In this document: in pieces, positions 14,652 through 17,783 of the stretch | How the letters are laid out: each line of letters starts with the position of its first letter | Position numbering within the stretch: position 1 is the first letter of the stretch | Source of the DNA: Candidatus Thalassarchaeaceae archaeon | GTDB taxonomy: Archaea; Thermoplasmatota; Poseidoniia; Poseidoniales; Thalassarchaeaceae | Length of the DNA stretch: 17,783 bases | Direction of reading: 5' to 3' | NCBI GenBank assembly: GCA_030747675.1 | Contig: JASLKH010000013.1 | Coordinates: forward strand, 1 to 17,783 | Notes under the pieces: model-generated | What the model saw: the letters and a program-made list of their open reading frames with translations, nothing else | What the model was told of the DNA's origin: nothing | Databases searched by the model: none | Translations under genes and position numbers: made by a program

Positions 14652-16778
14652 TTATTGCGACCTCCTAAGGAGGTCGTCGAGAACTTGATTGGCCAGATTT
14701 AATTCATCTTCAATTTCATTTTCAAAATTGATTTTCGCTCCAGGATATCGTAACGCTGCTGCTACTCCAATCATGATGTTCGAGAATTCTAAATTATGTT
14801 CCATACAAAGTAAAACAGGTCCCATTAATCTGTCATGCATTCCAAGTTTTCGCATAGGGTCGCGGGCATTTCTCTCAATGGGATCTTGTATTGATTGGTC
14901 TTGATATTTGAGGAGGGCATTGCGACACCATTCTCTTTGCTCAGTCTCATCAAAATCAAATGCACTAACTAGTGCTGCCGATGATTCTGCACCAGCAGCA
15001 AGCGCAACCTTTGCAATATCGGAATCATTAGCAGCATCTGCAAGCCAGATATAACCACGAAGATATCCAAGGTAACAAACAACTGCATTAACACAATTGT
15101 AAGTGAATAACTTTCTTGTCAACTCACGTTCAAAGTTTGGAACTGGAACTAATCCCTTAACCTGTGGATTTGTCAATAGTGCGTCTCCGTCTAGTGGCAA
15201 TGTCCAATGGTCTTGAATTTGCACAGTCATCTTGGCTTGGCCGGAGGACGGTTCAATGCAAGAACGCAAGACTTGTGCTTGTACAATTCCAAGATTTTCA
15301 TTAATTAATTCAATTTGCCTTTCATCAGAATTTGAGATTAGATAATTACGAACTGCGGCTGCAGGTCTTGGATGATTTTCCGCCAATATGAGGTCAATTT
15401 TGCCCCTTTGAAGTCTTTTAAAGAGAATTTCTTTTATTTCTTCACACCATGGTAATAATTGGTTCGCGCCCATCGAAGTCATCAACAAATCCGCTGAATT
15501 AAGTGTGTCCATCAAAGACTTTTTTTCGCTCATATGGATGACATTTTTGACTACTATTGTTTCATTTTTTTTCGTAGATAAATTGTGCACATCCCACATC
15601 TTTGTTTCGCGTAAAGATTCAACTGTTGGAATATGTGAATCAACTAGGATGATTTCCCAACCTGAATGAGTTAGCAATTGACTGAGAAAACCTCTGCCAA
15701 CTTTTCCTGCCCCAAAAATCACTGCACACAGTTTTCTTTGAGCAAGTTTTGCGACACCAAGTACACTTACTTCTTGTCCTGCAACAAAGGATGCATTTCT
15801 AGACTGCACTAATTGTGGAATCATTGCTAAACCACCTCCTATCAGCATTTCTTGTGATGGGAAAAAATTGCGTATTTCTTCAATTGGACGATTAATTTCT
15901 TGCAATATTTTCCAAGCCCCCCCTTTCTTGCCATTTGCAGATTCTAATTTCAATTGTTCAATGAACTTTAGAGCAGAATCCCGGCTTGGTTTTTCACCTG
16001 AAATCTGAGACAGAGTCAACCCACCTGAGGATGTCGCGTTGTAACAAAGTGCAGGTAGGCAACCCAAAGGGGGCAACCAACTCATTTGGTCTTGGGGTTT
16101 CCCTCCAACCATGCCAACGTGTTCACTTGTATTTGCGAGATTGAATAAATCCCCCACTTTCGCATCTAAACCCAATACACCCGCAGTCAGGTCATCACAT
16201 CCACAGATGACTTCAGCACCTTCAGTAATTCCAGACAATACCGCTCCATTTTTGGTGACCACCCCGATTACACTCTGCGGTAGTTGGAAATGTCCTTTTC
16301 CAGAAAACCCTCTCATTGAACGTTTGTCTCTTGCAATAATTCCTGTAAGTTCCCAATTGTACAAATCTTTGAGCTGAATTGCAATCCCGTCTTTGAGTGG
16401 TCCATTCTCCATTTCCCATTGTGCTAGCCTCGCAGGTACCCAAGCACGGGTATCTGGCAATTGTTGTTCACCTTCCGTTGGTCGTTGGCATTCTTCAGGT
16501 AGTGGTTCATGCCATGATATGATTCTTCCACAAAGTCTCCTGTCTTTGATAACAACAGCTGAAGGTCCATGGGTTGTGATCCCAACTCTTGTGATTTTTT
16601 GCTTCTTGTTCCCCAACCAATCTCTTAGAGGATTCCATAACCCTTCAGAAGTAGGCCAAACGCCCATTTCCCATGTTGAATCTGATTTGAGAAGGAGTAC
16701 TTTCGTTGCGCTTGTACCGACATCGAGACCCAGTGTCAGTCGCTCAGGCATGGAGTCTCCGAGACACAGCCGGTTCAT
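14652..16778 (-). CDS. Fusion: compact FGGY-family carbohydrate kinase + mannitol-1-phosphate 5-dehydrogenase (MtlD)-family domain
   Basis: N-terminal half: LGLDVGTSATK, LTG...D, GCDDLTAGVLG, NTSE, IGGG and EVSVLGVAKLA (FGGY). C-terminal half from about 15730: AVIFGAGKVGRGF, TSMGAN, LAEN, RKLFTYN and IERNARDPMRKLGMHDRLMGP (MtlD). ATG 16778 overlaps the upstream stop (ATGA); ATG 16751 with an upstream GGAG is an alternative. Confidence 0.88.
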   Translation of the reverse strand: MNRLCLGDSMPERLTLGLDVGTSATKVLLLKSDSTWEMGVWPTSEGLWNPLRDWLGNKKQKITRVGITTHGPSAVVIKDRRLCGRIISWHEPLPEECQRPTEGEQQLPDTRAWVPARLAQWEMENGPLKDGIAIQLKDLYNWELTGIIARDKRSMRGFSGKGHFQLPQSVIGVVTKNGAVLSGITEGAEVICGCDDLTAGVLGLDAKVGDLFNLANTSEHVGMVGGKPQDQMSWLPPLGCLPALCYNATSSGGLTLSQISGEKPSRDSALKFIEQLKLESANGKKGGAWKILQEINRPIEEIRNFFPSQEMLIGGGLAMIPQLVQSRNASFVAGQEVSVLGVAKLAQRKLCAVIFGAGKVGRGFLSQLLTHSGWEIILVDSHIPTVESLRETKMWDVHNLSTKKNETIVVKNVIHMSEKKSLMDTLNSADLLMTSMGANQLLPWCEEIKEILFKRLQRGKIDLILAENHPRPAAAVRNYLISNSDERQIELINENLGIVQAQVLRSCIEPSSGQAKMTVQIQDHWTLPLDGDALLTNPQVKGLVPVPNFERELTRKLFTYNCVNAVVCYLGYLRGYIWLADAANDSDIAKVALAAGAESSAALVSAFDFDETEQREWCRNALLKYQDQSIQDPIERNARDPMRKLGMHDRLMGPVLLCMEHNLEFSNIMIGVAAALRYPGAKINFENEIEDELNLANQVLDDLLRRSQ
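14658..14676. repeat. Perfect palindrome CGACCTCCT-A-AGGAGGTCG just before the stop codon of the kinase-MtlD gene
   Basis: 9-bp arms at 14658-14666 and 14668-14676; the stop codon is at 14652-14654. Confidence 0.5.
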
Positions 16779-17563
16779 TGCAAGTTCTCTGCACTGTCTG
16801 GCCAAGAAATCGGTGACCAATCGAGAATTGATAGACCCGGTTCGAGATCTAAGAACCGATCAGGTGAATCCGATTGTGCGGCAGTAAGTAGATATCCGTC
16901 AATTGGATTTTCAACCGCAGCTTGGAAAAATCTGCGCACATCTTCGGCCAAGAATGCGGTGGCCTGCAATCGTCCACCACGTGTCCAGTGCTCCGTTTCA
17001 TCAGGGATCACAGTTCCAATCCGAACAGCGATAGTTTCCATGCCATGGATTCTAGCGTGCATTTCAGCCATCACTTCCGCATAGATCTTTGAAGCGCCGT
17101 ATGTTGATGTTGGCGACACTCCATCTTCAACACGAATCAGTCGACCATGCATCGGTCCGCCTTCGGCAAATAGAGGTTCAAGCCCCACTTGGGCCAGGCC
17201 GCTTGAGGCTACGATTACACGGCTGACATGAGATGCTTTTGTGCATCGGAAAATCGCGGTTGTCGGCTCGATATTGTTGCGCATCATCGAGACATCATCA
17301 TTTGACGGATTCGCATCTGCAGCCAAATGGATTAGGCAATCTGAACCTTCGAGAACCGCACACAACTCCTCGTCTGAAATCGTTGTCAAATCCATTTCAA
17401 TGGATACACGATTTCGCGCATTTTCATCCTCTGTGTTTCTGCCGGAAACCAACCAATCGTTCAATGGTCGATCAATTCCGATCACTTCGTGTCCAAGCGA
17501 TGACAAATGGTCGTGGACGATGCCTCCGATGAGGCCCGCAGCTCCAGTAATCACGACCCGCAT
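16775..17563 (-). CDS. Extended SDR / NAD-dependent epimerase-dehydratase family, uronate-dehydrogenase-like
   Basis: ITGAAGLIG (GxxGxxG), LIHLAA, NN, IVASS, YGASK (YxxxK) and VRIG. The layout after YxxxK (ETIAVRIGT...RLQATAF...D) resembles uronate dehydrogenases. SD-like GGAG upstream. Family is secure, substrate is tentative. Confidence 0.82.
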   Translation of the reverse strand: MRVVITGAAGLIGGIVHDHLSSLGHEVIGIDRPLNDWLVSGRNTEDENARNRVSIEMDLTTISDEELCAVLEGSDCLIHLAADANPSNDDVSMMRNNIEPTTAIFRCTKASHVSRVIVASSGLAQVGLEPLFAEGGPMHGRLIRVEDGVSPTSTYGASKIYAEVMAEMHARIHGMETIAVRIGTVIPDETEHWTRGGRLQATAFLAEDVRRFFQAAVENPIDGYLLTAAQSDSPDRFLDLEPGLSILDWSPISWPDSAENLQ

Positions 17564-17639
17564 GGCGTCTCCAAGTGGTCACAGGTCAAGAGGTTGCCCG
17601 AAGGGTGAACGCTATCACCTTGTGCTTCTTGCGCATCAT

Positions 17640-17783
17640 GTGAATGAAGAGCCAAATCGATTGCTGCCCGCATTGCTTGTGATGTTGCTTCTTCTTGGTG
17701 GTGTTGCAGGAGTTGGAATCTTTCAGGCATGGACAACTGATTCCATTGAGGACGCCCCTCCCTCTGAACTTGAACCTGAGCCT
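17640..17783 (+). CDS. N-terminus of a membrane-anchored/secreted protein, truncated by window edge (not in ORF track)
   Basis: GTG 17640 gives MNEEPNRLLPALLVMLLLLGGVAGVGIFQAWTTDSIEDAPPSELEPEP, a clear hydrophobic anchor plus an acidic/Pro linker, open to the window end and divergent from the SDR gene. Confidence 0.7.
   Translation, partial: MNEEPNRLLPALLVMLLLLGGVAGVGIFQAWTTDSIEDAPPSELEPEP

Noticed and set aside
13796-14668. 290-aa plus-strand ORF with GGP repeats and poly-Ser
   Set aside because: Mirror of the Pro/Glu-rich GH38 extension (CCN becomes NGG, GAA becomes TTC/TCT-rich frames); low-complexity sequence easily lacks antisense stops.
17551-17736. 61-aa minus-strand ORF upstream of the SDR gene
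   Set aside because: The opposite strand encodes a much more protein-like signal anchor from 17640, and this ORF has no recognisable features.
1-17783. Mobile element, prophage, tRNA or rRNA
   Set aside because: No transposase, integrase or phage genes, no terminal repeats, and no intergenic space long enough with cloverleaf or rRNA signatures.

Overview
Gene-dense prokaryotic window with very short or overlapping gene junctions. It is most likely archaeal, and its style suggests Marine Group II / Ca. Poseidoniales (LAGCLG lipoprotein, low-to-mid GC, frequent GTG/TTG starts); the taxonomy is inference only. The left part holds the 3' end of a K+-dependent membrane pyrophosphatase (hppA), a lipoprotein, an alpha/beta-hydrolase and a glutaredoxin. 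Next is an unusual single-ORF fusion of a secreted M28 metallopeptidase to an AmpG-like MFS transporter. The remaining ~12 kb (5749-17563) is two convergent gene runs that are almost all carbohydrate enzymes. Plus strand: UlaG-like metallo-beta-lactamase, a plant-type glucuronokinase homologue, a divergent GH67-like glycosidase and a hypothetical protein. Minus strand: a uronate-dehydrogenase-like SDR, a compact FGGY kinase fused to mannitol-1-phosphate dehydrogenase, a GH38 mannosidase with a ~260-aa Pro-rich/charged disordered N-terminus, and a compact fucokinase-like GHMP kinase. The best candidate for an undescribed system is this PTS-independent sugar, polyol and uronate salvage locus, with three different sugar kinases each next to a glycosidase or dehydrogenase. 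No RNA genes, CRISPR arrays or mobile elements were seen. All family assignments come from motifs recalled from memory; no database search was run.
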